Part shown: piece after piece, positions 1-13,588 of the stretch
Numbering within the stretch: position 1 is the first letter of the stretch
Layout of the letters: each line of letters starts with the position of its first letter
Assembly: GCA_977020255.1 (NCBI GenBank)
Contig: CDROCS010000669.1
Coordinates: forward strand, 124,001 to 188,000
Source of the DNA: Obrimoposthia wandeli
Lineage: Eukaryota
Direction: 5' to 3'
DNA: 64,000 nt
Notes under the pieces: model-generated
Told to the model about the DNA's origin: nothing
What the model saw: the letters and a program-made list of their open reading frames with translations, nothing else
Databases searched by the model: none
Made by a program: the position numbers and the translations under genes

Positions 1-3000
1 AAGTCACAAATCATTGTTTTAAATGTAAACAACTTGTTGAAGACTGGGACAATATTTTTAAAATTAAACTATGACATAATAATCGTAAAATTACCATTCT
101 AAATCTATAGGTTATATATCGACACATTCGCTATTCTCTAAGAGTTTATCAGAAAACCAACTCATTTGTTAGAATATTTAATTGGAATGTATGACGAAGT
201 GAATTAAATGACAGTCTAAACTTTAAAATATCAGCCATAAAAATAAATTTGAAAAAAAATTTATTAACAAAGAAAATTAGTAACTTATAAATAAGTTTAA
301 AGCTGTATAAAAAGGCATGGTATATGAAAATGATTTGTCATACCGGATTTTCTAGTTTAGCTTACAGGTAATGTGAAGTTTGGTATGTGGTTGTTATCTT
401 ATATTTAGTTACATGTCGTTTATCAATTCCGTTAGCAAAATTCGTATAATGTCCCATGTCTCTTTGGTCAAATAAATTATCAATTCGATGTTCAGCGTAG
501 AGGAAACAATATGTAACTGTAAAAAGCCTCATCTCATTTCAATGTCATCTAAACTACTATTCGGTATTAGATATGTTGTTTCGCCCATGCTGAACATCGC
601 CGAATTGATAATGTATTTGACTGAAGATAATCGATATTCTACATAAAGGGAATTTTGTAAACTGAATTTTAAACGATAAGCGATTTAATGTCAAATTCCC
701 ACTACATGCCGAGCTTCTCTGAAGGGAATGCATGCTTCACTAAAAGCCATATCTTGTGTAAATCTACCATGCCGATTTCTACACAGTCCTGTCAGACCGG
801 CCAATTTGATAGTGGTCTAAAGACATCCGGCGGTTTCATGCCTAAGAGGTTACTGGATAATTTATCTGCACTGCAGCTAATTGCAAAACTGAGAGAGATA
901 ATATCGGCCTTTTGTCATTGTAAGCGTGCTGTAAATTGATGTTTTGTTGGCTTCTTCAGACCTTGCATGTGGATTAGACATGCTACCACTCATGAGTAAG
1001 TGTTTCTTCTGCACTAATCAATCGCCTCGAATGCTGAAACGTCCAGAAACAAGTTTATTCTATTTTTGCACGATATTTTGTATCAAAACTGTCGATGATA
1101 AGTTTGTTACAAATTCTCAAAATCACTATTGTTTGATCCCTTAAGAAAACTGTCGAATTAAATATGAATTTAAAAAATGATCATTTACCTTTTTTGTGAT
1201 TTTGTAACAAATTGAAAAAGTCAACTACACGCTCGATTAAGCTTTCTTATAGTCAATACCGTGTGCCGTATTGTGCCAATTTCGGTTTTAAAAGGTATCG
1301 ACAGCAGCCCTAGTGCATACAGCTCTAACCCCTATAAAAGCAGAAATATTGAATTAAACGCCATTTTCATATTAAAAAGGTATCGTAAAAAGATTCCCTT
1401 ATGGATTTTGTGTTAAGATTCACATCAAGTTTAGCGAATAGATGAACGAAAATAAATGGAATAAACAGTAGGTAGGCAAGAAAGAGAGGGAGAGGGAGAG
1501 CCATGTGATATAATTTCATTCCTCGTTCATGGAGCAATGAGCGAGTATAGTTTTGACTACCCTTAAGGGGTTTGAAACATGTAATTCTAAAAAAGGTGGC
1601 CACTAGTTGGTGGAGGGGGTAATCAGCCATAGGATAATACGGTAATGGTTGTAAGATAATATTTGAATTTTAATAGGTGTCAGGGATTCAGAGCTGAAAT
1701 TGCAGGGAAAATAAACTGTTATATATTCCGAAATGGTGGTGGAATTTACATCTAAACCTTTCATTGTTTTCACTACAATTTGGAGTCGGATTTCTGAAAC
1801 CAACTGCTTTCAACTGCATCACTCCTATTCCATACATATTGTTAAGAAAGTCTAAGAAACATCTAATTAGACTGTCACATAAATTAGTTGAACTGAATCG
1901 GATTTTAAATATAGTTTAGACTTTTTAGAAAAAAAAAATTTTCATAATGTGAAGATATTTTCAGAAAAGCTAAGAAATAATTATAACGTAATTTGGTATC
2001 ATTCAAAAGTTTCATTGTTTCGATTTTGTAAAATTTGAATTATACATTTTGTTAATTTTTCAATCTACATTAACAATTTAATAGAGAAATGTTTTTTGAA
2101 GTTGACATGAATACCTTTAAGCTACATGTAAATATATTTGCTATGTTTTGTGACGTTTCGTGCTATCATTTCCATTAAAAACAGTTTCTCTGTTTTTCAA
2201 TTTTTTACTTACCGAAAGTATACTATTTGTGCTAATAAGTATTAGATCAGTTTAATTTTTTATATATAGATAAAGTCAAATTTTGCGGGTGTGCATTTTT
2301 TTACTCAATGGTCTTTTTAGCCTGTAAATGTCCACTTTCATAAACTGATACGTCTGAAAACGAAGAACCATAAACAATAATGGATTATAGGATTGCTCTT
2401 TAACTCATTTTTATGACCTTATGAAAAGATTCAGGTCATGTGTTACATTCGAAATTTTTAAAAATGAAAAATAACATTCATCCCTGTTAAATGATAGATT
2501 CACAATCAATTATAACTTTAGTTAAGATTGAAAAAGGTTAAAACATACATTAATAAGTTCCTAGCTTAATAATTATTGATATTTAAAATAAAGTATACGT
2601 TTTATATTTTTATACAGAAAATTCTCATTATTAACGATTTAATTTGTATTATTGTCTTGAATTTCGTTCCGAATTTTCTCCTATTTTATTTCTTTTAATA
2701 GGTTTTTTGCATGATTATATCGACTATATCTGATAATTACCATATTTGCATGGTAAAGAGAAATCAAAATTTTGTTCTATTTTTTTCTCAATTACTTTTG
2801 ACTATTTTAATTTTATTAGTTCAAGTTATGCAAATGTAGATAAATATAGAAGCATCTTTTTTTAATATTTCTTTTAAAATCCGTGTTTTATTAAATATAC
2901 GTGTGTAGGAATACATAGGGAAAATAGATTAGAAAAACGCCATATTTTGTTGCAATTTAGGTCAAAATAATTTTGATAACTTGCGTTTCTCTGATTGACC

Positions 3001-3851
3001 TTTCCAAGGCGACTTACAATTTAGGGAAATAAGTGGAGGCCATTATTAAGCTAACAAGTCAAATCTGATGATAATAAGTTGACATTACGTTAATCGTTGT
3101 TCTGAATAAATACACGAGTAGATTTTTCTTAAATGGGAAAAATATTTGTTAATCTAATTTCGATCCAAAGGCTTCATTGGATTTCCTATGCTGAAATTAA
3201 ATTGAACCAAAATTGGCCTTGACAAATTTGTAAGCAACAAAATTTAATAATTTTGGTATTTAAAATAATTTTATGTTTATTTAAAACACATTTTTGTTTC
3301 GATATATGTTCACCCACAGTGGCCTCCGAAAAATTCTTATCAAAATGGTTGCTAAATGTTTAAACGAATATAAAAATTTCTATAAAGAAAATCGACTTTT
3401 AACTAGCTGCTATACTTGATCCCTATCAATGCCTGTTGTACGAAAATAATATTTTGCAAAGAAAAATATTAGAAAATAGCTTGTAATAAATTGTATACAA
3501 TATATTTGATTTCCTATTTTATTGATTTAAAATATTTTTTAAATTTCTTTATGCAAATTTAATACAAATTAATTTGAATTTATGAATTTGTTTAAAATTA
3601 ATTTAAACTTTACTATAGAATATTTTTTAATTTTTTTAATATACTTATTAAGTAATGTCAGTGTCGCTACAAAGTGGTTAGAAGACGAAATTTTTATTTT
3701 TGAAACTTGAAAATGCCAATCCACAGCTAAAGTAGTCATACAATATTTAAAAGCTATTGGTTCTTGATATACAAAGATACCTATTACTGTATCAATATAG
3801 TGATTAAACTATAATTATACTTTGACGAGTTAACTTTCACTGACCTTCCAG

Positions 3852-4389
3852 AAAGCTGTCCAATCCATCTCCACAGTTAGACCAGCGTCCCTCTCCATCG
3901 GGGTACCCAGAGCGCGGCAACACGTTGCAGATGCTGCAGCACCATAGCCACACCCTGCAGCACCAACACCAGCAGCAACACCAACAACAACTGCAACAGC
4001 ATCTAGGTGGCGACACAGACAATCTCATCAGCAGCAGCAGTTGCGCCACTAGTCTCACCGCGACCAGCAGTAACTGCTCCTTGACAGCGGCTGCGCCCAC
4101 TAGTGGAGGAGCCGGAGCCTCGTCAGTGTCGTCCTCGTCAACAACCGGCTTCAAGACGTCTGGGACTGGCGTCGGCGGCAAGAGCAATACCATTGTCAAG
4201 CCACGCAACCTCCGCTTCTCCTTCCGCACCGAGGCCACCAGCAAGAAGAGCCCCGACGACTTGCTGGCTGAGCTGAAGCGTGTCCTCATAGCCTTCCACA
4301 TCGACTACGAAAGTCGTCAGACGCCCTACTTGCTGTTCTGTACGCACGGCGAGAGCAGTGATGAGGTCATCATCCAGTGGGAGATTGAG
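3852..4389 (+). CDS. MARK: Penultimate exon of a MARK/PAR-1-family kinase (Q/S-rich linker plus most of the KA1 domain)
   Basis: Frame reads KPRNLRFSFRTEATSKKSPDDLLAELKRVL...LLFCTHG...IQWEIE, matching the MARK KA1 consensus KPRSLRF...LLFCVHG...VQWEME. Acceptor ttccag ends at 3851 and donor GT starts at 4390. Confidence 0.85.
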
Positions 4390-5937
4390 GTAAATGTCAT
4401 TGTTGTGAACTTTGACTTTCTTGTCGAATTCAGAGTTCAATAAACATAGTCGTCTTAACCTGTTAAGGATCAAAATCTTTTTTACATTAATTTTTGATAT
4501 ATATATAATTAATATTAAGTAAATAGGCTGTTTACATGTTTAAATTCGTTTCTTATTCTACCTAGGATAAATTATAACAGCATTATAGCATCACAAAAAA
4601 TAATTTCGGCTAGAGTTTAGACAAAACTATAATGAGCAAGCGTTACACATTACAAAAGAATTCATGTTTTTCACATTTAAATTATCGTTTGACATGGGAG
4701 ATTGCTATGATTTGTATAAAGCACATACAACTTTCAAAATTATAATATATAATACTAAAATGTGATTGAATGTTATTATCAAATAACAATTCGATGGGAA
4801 ACTTTCTAAAAATATCTTTTTATACCCTATACTTCATTTTTGGAATGATTAATGAGAACATTTATCATCTTTTATTCACCAATAAGTTTTGTAGTTTCGA
4901 TCATACACCATTTAGGTAGAAATTATTAAAATTGAATACGAAAAATTTCTTAATATTCAATTACAGTTTAATAAATAAATTTTGCATTGTGGCTTTTAAG
5001 AAATATAATCTTCAAAATCTTTAATCAATTGTATTCAGTACATTAAATTTGAATTACAAATTCAATTAGGGCACATTGAGACATATTTTTCAAATAATTA
5101 AATATTTTTTTAAACATGCTACTTTAATTTTCAATTTTTTAGTTTCAAGTACTTATAGAAATGAATAAAATATTGTTTGAGATATTTAATAATAAAATAC
5201 ATTTTTATTTTAAAATTATTTTCTGTTATAAATAGTAGATATTAAATTTAGCATCGTAGAATGCAGTCATAATTAATATATGCAATCTTAAAAAGTGTTT
5301 AAATTAGTTGCATTTCTTATCTTAAACAAACAAATAAATAAATACACAAATTTATAAATATTTTTAGATAGAATGAATTGAAAGAAAAATATTTACTACG
5401 TAAATTGTTTTAGAAAAAATTGATAAATTTTAAAATAATATAAAAGTTTATGATTTTCACCTTCAATAGCTTCCCTTGTTATTGCGAACCCTGACTAAAC
5501 AATTTCAGTTTTTTTTATTTGGTATTAAGCTCATACTGCAATGTCAGTTTTGCTCACCACGACAATTACAAAATCCGTTTCTCTAATAAAGTACTCATAG
5601 TTTGCAATGTACGATTTGCAAGCATAAATAAATCAAAAAAACATTAACAATCCAAATATGATTTATAGGAAAATGTATAATTTAATTTTTTAAATAAACA
5701 TATTTTGTATTAGTATTATTACATTATTAGAATCGATCCATTTTCTGCTAGGAATATATAATTATTAATTTAATTCAAAAAAGGACTTTATTATTTGATT
5801 GTATTTTCCGTAACCGACTATAATAAAATATTATGATTTCATATTTAACAGAGTTGAACAGAGGTTTTCATATAGTTTCCGGGTAAATTTTAACACATTT
5901 TCAAACTATACTGACGTATTCACTCAATTTTTCGCAG

Positions 5938-6051
5938 GTGGTTCGTCTCTCCTCCAAATCAATTAACGGTATTCGGTTCAAACGAACTTCGGGACCTCAA
6001 ATTAAGTTCAAGGAGATCTCCAAAAGAATCACAGAACGACTGCAATTATGA
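5938..6051 (+). CDS. MARK: Last coding exon of the MARK/PAR-1-like gene (end of KA1 domain)
   Basis: After acceptor tttcgcag (ends 5937) it reads VVRLSSKSINGIRFKRTSGPQIKFKEISKRITERLQL*, matching MARK VCKLPRLSLNGVRFKRISG...ELKL*. The phase-0 join to 4389 is in frame. Not present in the ORF track. Confidence 0.88.
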   Translation: MVRLSSKSINGIRFKRTSGPQIKFKEISKRITERLQL

Positions 6052-8399
6052 TTGGTTGACACTCCTCAGTCAAGAGCCAATCAAACTCAAGAAAATCCCT
6101 TTACACATTAAACCGACTTTGCACATCTGTTGATACATACGCAGCTCCGGACAGACCAATTAGACTTTAGCCAGTGATTTCTGCAACTGACCAATCACAA
6201 TGCATCTCTGGTGGAGCTGAACTGCTATTTGTCATCATCATATATATATATATATTATCTTTTTTAAGTTTAAATTTCAATTTTTACATGTACATTACTT
6301 TCCATGCAATGTTTTGTCATTTCTCATTGATGTGCAAATTATTTGTCGGTGTGTGTATGACTGCTTATTTGTTTGTATCAACTCAGAAGCTGATTAGTTA
6401 ATAATATCTTATGCACTCGTGCACCAATAACATTGGTTGTTTTAAATTTTTTACAACCCAATGCACACGTGGATGGCCTTACTTATTTTCTTTGCACTTG
6501 TCAAAATGTACACCATTCAGACAGATTTTATTCCCGATACTTCAGCGTGCTCTCTGTCGCATTTCTATGCTTTGTCTGGGATTTCCTTCGTCTCTGGTCA
6601 GTCAATAGGAGGACTCAAAAAGGTGCATTTGTATAAACACAATATTTATTGTTTTTATGTCAACTAAAAAGTATTACTTTTTTGGAAAATCTAAATAATG
6701 AATGTTGTGTTTATAAGAACGAAATTGTTTTGTGGGTCTCCTATATTTACTTGTAGGAGTGGAGAATTTTCAGTATTGAACTAAATATCCTCTTGAAACT
6801 AATCAATCCTATCATTTCATGAAGCATTAAAGCGGAGCGTGGATTTTTTAAAAGCGTTTTGAATCTAATAAATATATCACTTATTGGAAATAGTCCATTT
6901 TGTGAAGCATAACTCTCTTTTTCCAGCCTAATTTTCGTTTGCGCTTGTCTCAAAAATTTCACAGTACATTTAGGAATATATTATGGTTTAAAAATCTTAA
7001 AGTCGAAATTTAACTTTTGGGAAAAAAGTTGATAGAGCTTAAAAATGTGAAATTTGCAGTTCTGTGACTATTGAGAGAAGTTAGATAGTATATTACAGTT
7101 GTCTCTGACATTTTTGAAATTAATTAAGTGTTACAATTCCAACTGAGAATTGAGAATCGCCAAATCACCCGTAACAGAGAGATATTTTGCTAACACTCGA
7201 ATTGGATGATAAAATCAAATTAGCAATGCTATGAGCCAGATATATCTTCTTATGTACCGTGACAATTTCAACTTGAAATTGAATTATTTTTCCGATATTT
7301 TAGTATGTTTCTTTTAGTTTTTGCAATTCCTTGGTGATTATTTATTGTTCATGGAAGCGTTTTGTTAGAGTGGTATTGGGGTTTCTTATTCTTCATATGT
7401 ACTTATCTTGACTATCAGTTTCCGATCTGGGGAAGTATATATTTTTAGTAGAGTATCCATGCATATACACTATCATGAGTCTGTTTTTTTTTAGTTTTTC
7501 GAGTGAAGCATACAGACCTTTTACTATTTTGTTTATTTTAGTGACGAAATAAAAGTGTGGCAAAGAACACAAAACCCTGATAATAACTGATCACGAGAAT
7601 ATTTTGTACTGTCCATATATTTGTAACAAACGGAACTAACTTTTGTGATTGTTCTCATTACTATGTATATCTATTTTCTTTTTTCCTTTCTCGCGATTAT
7701 CTATCTTTCACTATCTTTATTTCTCACCCTGTACAGATCTAATGACCAGCTGCAACAAATCCAGAAAAATCACGAAACAGAAAACAGATTCCTTTCTAGT
7801 TTGATTGACCTACTATTCTCTATTATGTCAACATTTGGATGTTGTTTGTGAGAAAAACTGTAGGTTATAAGTGTGAATTTTAATCTGTGTTTTATGTTTG
7901 TCTTGCAAAAAAAAACGATGGGGAACCGATAACATATTGCCGAGTATCTATAATAAAAACATACGTTTTAACATTATCTGTGGGAAACATTTGATTACAA
8001 ACTAATGTTGCAGAATTTCCCGCCGATCTAACTTCAAAATTTTCTTAAACTGTAGTGACTGATTAAAAAAGAGTTAGTGGGGAGATAAGGGAACTTACAT
8101 TGTGTTGGAATGGTTGGGTCCAAAAATAGGTTTGTACAATTGATTTAGGCACAAGATCTCCTAAACACGAACATGATATTTAAACCATCTTTCACACATG
8201 TCATTTTTCAATTAAAATATTTAGAAAATGAGGATATCACAATTGTATGGTCAACAAAGAAACATGAAACCTATGAAATGAGAAAATATATATGTTTGTT
8301 AGTATTAACACTACAAGATCCGAATCGGTCATTTTGACACAACACCATGTTTGAATTTGAAAAAGCCAACGAGTATGAATTATTTATGGTCATAATTTC

Positions 8400-9110
8400 T
8401 ACGAAATGAAAAGCTCTAATTTTAAATTATACCGATTTAACCTATTGCATTCAATATGGCTTATTTTAACCCTTATGGAAATATCAAAAGATATCAATTA
8501 TATTTGCAAAAAACATTAATTATGAGGTTCATTTTGAAAAGAAAATTATTATAAAAATTATTAGAAACTGATGCAAACATTGGAAGAAAGATCAGTGGCA
8601 AAAACAATTTGTTACAGTTCTAGAAGCATTTTATTTATAATGAAAATGGAGGAATCTTTATTTCTAATAACTTTATTTATCAGAAAATGTTTTGTTAACA
8701 GTATATAAATGTAAAACATCTAAGAAAAGATTTTTAATGTCGAGACAATGCACAAGAATCCAGCTATCGATTGTAACAGTCCAAATGAAAACCCTCATTT
8801 AATGACATTTTTATCAAAATAAAATGGGAGTATATATTCTGTATAATGCGTTACATTTATATTCAACAAAATCTATAACACGTCGAGGGTATGTATGTGT
8901 TTATGATATGTCTGATAAGGCTGCCTTAAATTCTCGCATATTATTCAATTTAGTTGTTGGTACAAACATCACTACTAATTCATGCAGTATTTCTATCAAA
9001 ATAACTACCTTCAATACTTAGTAATTTATTTTCCAATGAAAGTATTGTGAATATCAGGACTGTAGCAGTAAAATGTCACATCTTGGAATACATTTTATTG
9101 TGACAACAAT
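8400..9110 (+). pseudogene. Highly decayed piggyBac-like transposase fragment
   Basis: Frameshifted pieces TMH...NPHLMTF..NKMGVYIL and YSTKSITRRGYVCVYDMSDKAALNSRILF resemble piggyBac STMH..KPE..FYN.TKGGVD.LD and Y+TK..TRRWP..VFYN+LD+A.+N..IL. A Cys-containing tail follows. No TIR or TSD found. Confidence 0.55.
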
Positions 9111-10199
9111 ATTAAAAAGGCGTTTCAAGTGTACTAAGTATAAATACATTTATTTTTACATTATTTATTATTTGTATCTATGGGTCAAATTGTGGATGTA
9201 TGTGTTATGATTAAATAATGGATATGCTAGTGGGAAATAACACTAATTAATTCTTTGAAAAACTCTTAGCAGCATTTATCAGTATATTTTTATTTTTTGC
9301 AAAAACGAATAACAAGTTGACTTTTATAAAGTATTTCCAAACATTTGTATGTCAAATGAAATCCCAATATATACGTGTAAGTCTTCTCTAGCAAGCCAGC
9401 AAATGTCACCAAAAGTTAAGAGTCCAGGATTTGTTTTTAATACAAGACAATGCTTCCTAATGCACAAGCCAGGTCAGATATTCAGCGATTATCAAGTCTG
9501 GCTTCAAGTTATTATCGTGCGCATAATATTCATAATTTTAATAGGTCACTTAGTAACTTCACAATATGTTGTGTGTTCAGTTCCAAAGGAAAGTTAAATT
9601 TAAATAATAAGTAAAATGGGCTATATTTATGGACATTGCCAAGGACATTTTAAGAACCATAAATTAAATTAAAAATAAAAAGTGTTTCTAGTTAACTTTT
9701 AATTATTCAACTAAGGTTATCTCTAGAAACGATTATTAATAGAGTCAACTGAGCTGCAGAAAAACAGAACGGTGGATTGGATAACATTTAATGGCAGAGC
9801 TGCAGTGTGTGAGTCATACAAGCAACAAGAGTCACCTAAGCCTGACTAAGCAATATTGTTTGTCAGCATTGCTGAGCCACATTAGTCAGAGTCAGTATCA
9901 TCAACAGGAATTTCATTGCGTTGAAGACATTTCTGACACCAGCCAATCATACGCCAGCGAGAAGAAGTTATAAAAAGAATTTGAAAACCGTAAAAAGATT
10001 ATAAGTTAAAGAAATTTACAAATATATCAATATAACTCGAACCATCGAATCACAAGTATAACGAGTAAGCATCGTATATCACAAGTATAGGCAGCCATCG
10101 AACACTATCGAAAACGGACTCCGAAAACAACAAGGATTTGATCAATCAGGCTCTCACCACATTTGGAAAATCATAATAAATAACAAACTAACACTAAAC

Positions 10200-11060
10200 A
10201 CAGAAACGTGTTCAGGCAGCATGTAAAAAATAAACTTTCTAGGATATACTTTGTCCATATATGGCATCAATCTTAATGTGACAAAACTGAAAACCATCTC
10301 AGAAATCTACCCACCACAAACATTGAAACAATTACGCATATTTTTTGGAAAAATCATTAAACGAGTACATAAAAACGCAAAAACTAAATTCAACAATTAA
10401 CAACTCCAAGATTTTAACAATGTAAATGAAGCACTTAAAACTGCCACTACTTTAACAAGCCCAACCAACAATGCGAAGGTAACTCTAACTACTGGCGCAT
10501 CCAACTTAACAGGAGCCGTATTGAATGAGATTATCAACAAACATAATTACCATTAGCTTTCTTCTCCAAAAAATTTAAGACTAATCAAACTAAATATTCA
10601 ACAAACAACAACGAAGTACTAGGAATATACCGCGCCATCAAACACTTCGAACAACAACAAATCGACAAAACATTCATCACATACACATATGATAAACCAT
10701 TAATACACACATTGCACATGAAAAATCCTACACCACGAAAAATAAAGACAAATAAATTACATGTCACAATTCCACACAGACATCAAGTTCATTCCAAACT
10801 TTACAATTATAATCACTGACACATTATCCAGACCATCTGACATAGACCAAACAAACACTACCAACCCTATAGATAACTTTTTTGAACCAAACAAACTCAT
10901 CAGCAAACAAAACTGACATGAATTCACACTCACGATACATACCCTTTCACTATGTACAACAACATATGGCATGATACTACAATCACATGTCTCACAAGAA
11001 TCATACTACTGCGAGAGTTACAAAGATATTAATAAATATACGAAATGCGATTACAACACA
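10200..11060 (+). mobile_element. Decayed Ty3/gypsy pol: RT C-terminus, RNase H and start of integrase
   Basis: KINFLGYTLS..GI...PPQTLKQLRIFFG; TTGASNLTGAVL...LAFFSKK...YSTNNNEVLGIYRAIKHF...TYDKPL fit the gypsy RT/RNase H consensus. Confidence 0.85.
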
Positions 11061-11476
11061 GTGATGGAAATATAAGAGGCGGTGTTTGGGTTAGGGAAGC
11101 AATAAGCGTATGAAACTCTAGTAGGTGGATCTGTCCGGTCTAATCCAACCCCAACCGTGCCTGTGTGTGGAGTTAAATTCCATGCATGTGTGTGTGGAAT
11201 GAAATTTCACGCATGTATGTGGAGCGAAATCTTGTGTATGTGTGTCCAGTCTACTCCCTCACCCTCTTGGGGAGGAATATCCCCCCTCATTTTTTTGTGT
11301 GTTACTTGGAGTGAAATTTCATGCATTGTGCATGAATTTCACATCCAATCTCAAAAGTGATTAAAGAAATCCACACGAATCCATCTCGACCCCATCGACT
11401 TATCTATTTCAGATAATACTTAGATATGAATATATGACTACTATATGTTAGAAGGATATCTAATAACAGATTTTAG

Positions 11477-12051
11477 ATGAATAAATTACTACATTGCAAG
11501 GACAAAATATGTCAAATAGATTTATATATTTTATTGAAGAAAATACAAGACGAAAAAATTTATTTCAATACATTTGTTGGGGTTTTTAAATGAAACCGTT
11601 AGATCCTCGTATGGAGGCCCCCAACGTGAGTTCTTTAGCGTTAAGATATACATATGGATGTGGCCTACCTATTCTTTCTTAAATTAGTTCTTAGTCTCGT
11701 GTTATGAGATGCAAAATACCTTTGCTTGAGTTCAAATTACCATTTGGAATTCGAATCACTGCAATACAATCAGTCACAATTTTAGCTAATCTTGGGAAAC
11801 AAATAAATCTTTATAAAATTGCAGAAAAAATGAAAGAAGAATGCATGTTTAAACTGTAAATTTTTCTTGCTCTCAGTTATTTGAAGTTTAAACCGCTATG
11901 TGTAAATATATTTTCCTTTGGTAAAGTTATGATATTGTGATTGAAAAGTTTTGATTATCCAGACATTGTTGATTCGATTTTAGAAAATATATCTTATTAC
12001 ATCTTGTTATCGTTTTTCTATAAACAAACCCGTTTAAACCTATTGTTTTAA
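11477..12051 (+). pseudogene. TBP-like (TATA-binding-protein fold) Polinton cargo gene, with stops
   Basis: 11700-11960 reads AIQSVTILANLGKQINLYKIAEKMKEECMFKL*IFLALSYLKFKPLCVNIFSFGKVMIL*LKS, which aligns by eye to the TBP repeat IQNIVA.A.L...I.L..+A...YEPE.FPGL.YR...P.....IF.SGKV.ITG.KS. Confidence 0.62.
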
Positions 12052-12258
12052 ATGAATAATACTATAAATACAGACAATGAAGGGGATCGTCTTGTCGACG
12101 AAATATTTTCTGGAAAAATCAAGGATAAACAAATTTTATCAGAATTAAAAAATAATGATATAACAAGAGATAACATTGAAACATTGGTTAAATCACACGT
12201 TATTCGAGTATTTAGAAATCGAACACAAATTAATAACATTATAACCAATATTCATTAA
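12052..12258 (+). CDS. Small Polinton ORF (68 aa) upstream of the ATPase, function unknown
   Basis: Intact ORF with ATG, conserved in the mirror arm (25254..25460). Confidence 0.5.
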   Translation: MNNTINTDNEGDRLVDEIFSGKIKDKQILSELKNNDITRDNIETLVKSHVIRVFRNRTQINNIITNIH

Positions 12259-12360
12259 TTTATTTTTGTATTTAATCTACAATAGCTCTAACATTATACA
12301 TATCAATAAAAAAAACTTATATGATACTATAAACAATATTAAAATGAAAGAGTATATGCA

Positions 12361-12996
12361 ATGGAGCTAAACAATAATGCTGTATTTCAAATAGTTGGTC
12401 CCCGTGGAAGTGGAAAGACACATTTCGTATGTAAATTGTTGCAAAAGGAATCTCTTTTCAATTCTAGTTTCAAAAATATTTATTGGCATCATGGTGGAGG
12501 AGGGGAAAGGGGTTTAACCAAAACAGAAGTTTGCAAGTTGAAAGGAATAACATTTATTGAAGGATTTCATGCGAATTGGTGTGAAATATTTAAAAAATAA
12601 GATGTAATAATAATTGAGGAAGCTAACAATAAATTGGACTTAAATAATTTATTTACAAAGATAGCAAGACATCGTGAAGTAACAGTTATATTTATCTCTC
12701 AAAATCTTTTTCACCAAGGAGGTCACCATAGAACAAGAAATCTTAATGTACATTAGTTAGTTTTATTTAAAAATCCTAGAGATCAAACAGTTGTAGATTT
12801 CGTGGCCAGACAGGCGTTTCCTCAAAATAAGAACTTCTAGTTGATTCATTCCATGATGCTGCTAAACAAGCACATGAGTATATATTTATTGACTTTACAC
12901 AAGCTTGTCCAGATGATTTACGTATTTTAACAGACATATTTAATTCTAAGGGAGTAACTGTTTATAAACAAATAGAGAACAATTATAAAAAATAAA
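12361..12996 (+). pseudogene. Polinton packaging ATPase (FtsK/HerA-like), frameshifted and with stops
   Basis: Walker A IVGPRGSGKT; downstream ARHREVTVIFISQNLFHQ...RTRNLN and LFKNPRDQ motifs typical of Polinton ATPases. Confidence 0.85.
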
Positions 12997-13172
12997 TTTA
13001 CAATGCCTTTTACGAAGTTGATAGTAAAACGTAAAGCAAAGCCTAAGAAATAATGAAAAGAATCATTAAGAAAAAAGAAGTGAAAAAATTAATCAAATCT
13101 GTAGTTAGAAATAAAAAAAACTATAATGGCTTCGAATATAAACAATACTCAAATTGAAGCTATTTTATTAAA

Positions 13173-13502
13173 ATGAAGAAAATACAAAGAAGCATACTCT
13201 ATTTTAAAGCTTTAGTCAAAGCCTCTTCTCATAAGAGAATGATTATTCTTAAAGCATTTCCATCCTTTGTTGTAGATGATTTATTGGAAGTTTTGTATAA
13301 TATAGTTTTGGGTCGAGTAAAAGTTGGAAATCGGAAAAATATATTAAAGAAATATAGAAAAACTCTTCTAGATATTGCTAATGTAAAAAGTAAAAAAAGG
13401 AAACGAAATATTATTCTTAAACATAATGGTGGTTTCATAGGGGCTGTTATTCCAGTTGTTGCTTTAATTATCAGTAGTATTATAGCTACAACACGATCAT
13501 AA
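13173..13502 (+). CDS. Conserved small basic Polinton protein (109 aa) located between ATPase and integrase
   Basis: Intact ORF ending in GGFIGAVIPVVALIISSII. Homologues at 24010..24339(-) and 60536-60874(-) in the same gene context. Confidence 0.65.
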   Translation: MKKIQRSILYFKALVKASSHKRMIILKAFPSFVVDDLLEVLYNIVLGRVKVGNRKNILKKYRKTLLDIANVKSKKRKRNIILKHNGGFIGAVIPVVALIISSIIATTRS

Positions 13503-13588
13503 ACAATTATTCATAAAATCAGCTAAAGATATGGGTGCTAACCCTAATTTACCTAAATTTAAATTTTCTTTCTATTCAAATTGCTGTA

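Noticed and set aside
688-1144. GC-richer stretch with ISAFCHCK (SWIM-finger-like), possibly a Kolobok or other transposon relic
   Set aside because: Only a weak partial motif, no termini, and stops in all frames.
3837-4473. Antisense ORFs 3837..4301 and 4138..4473
   Set aside because: Shadows of the GC-rich MARK exon.
6174-7851. Several 65-75 aa ORFs after the MARK stop
   Set aside because: Hydrophobic low-complexity translations typical of AT-rich UTR or intergenic DNA; no motifs.
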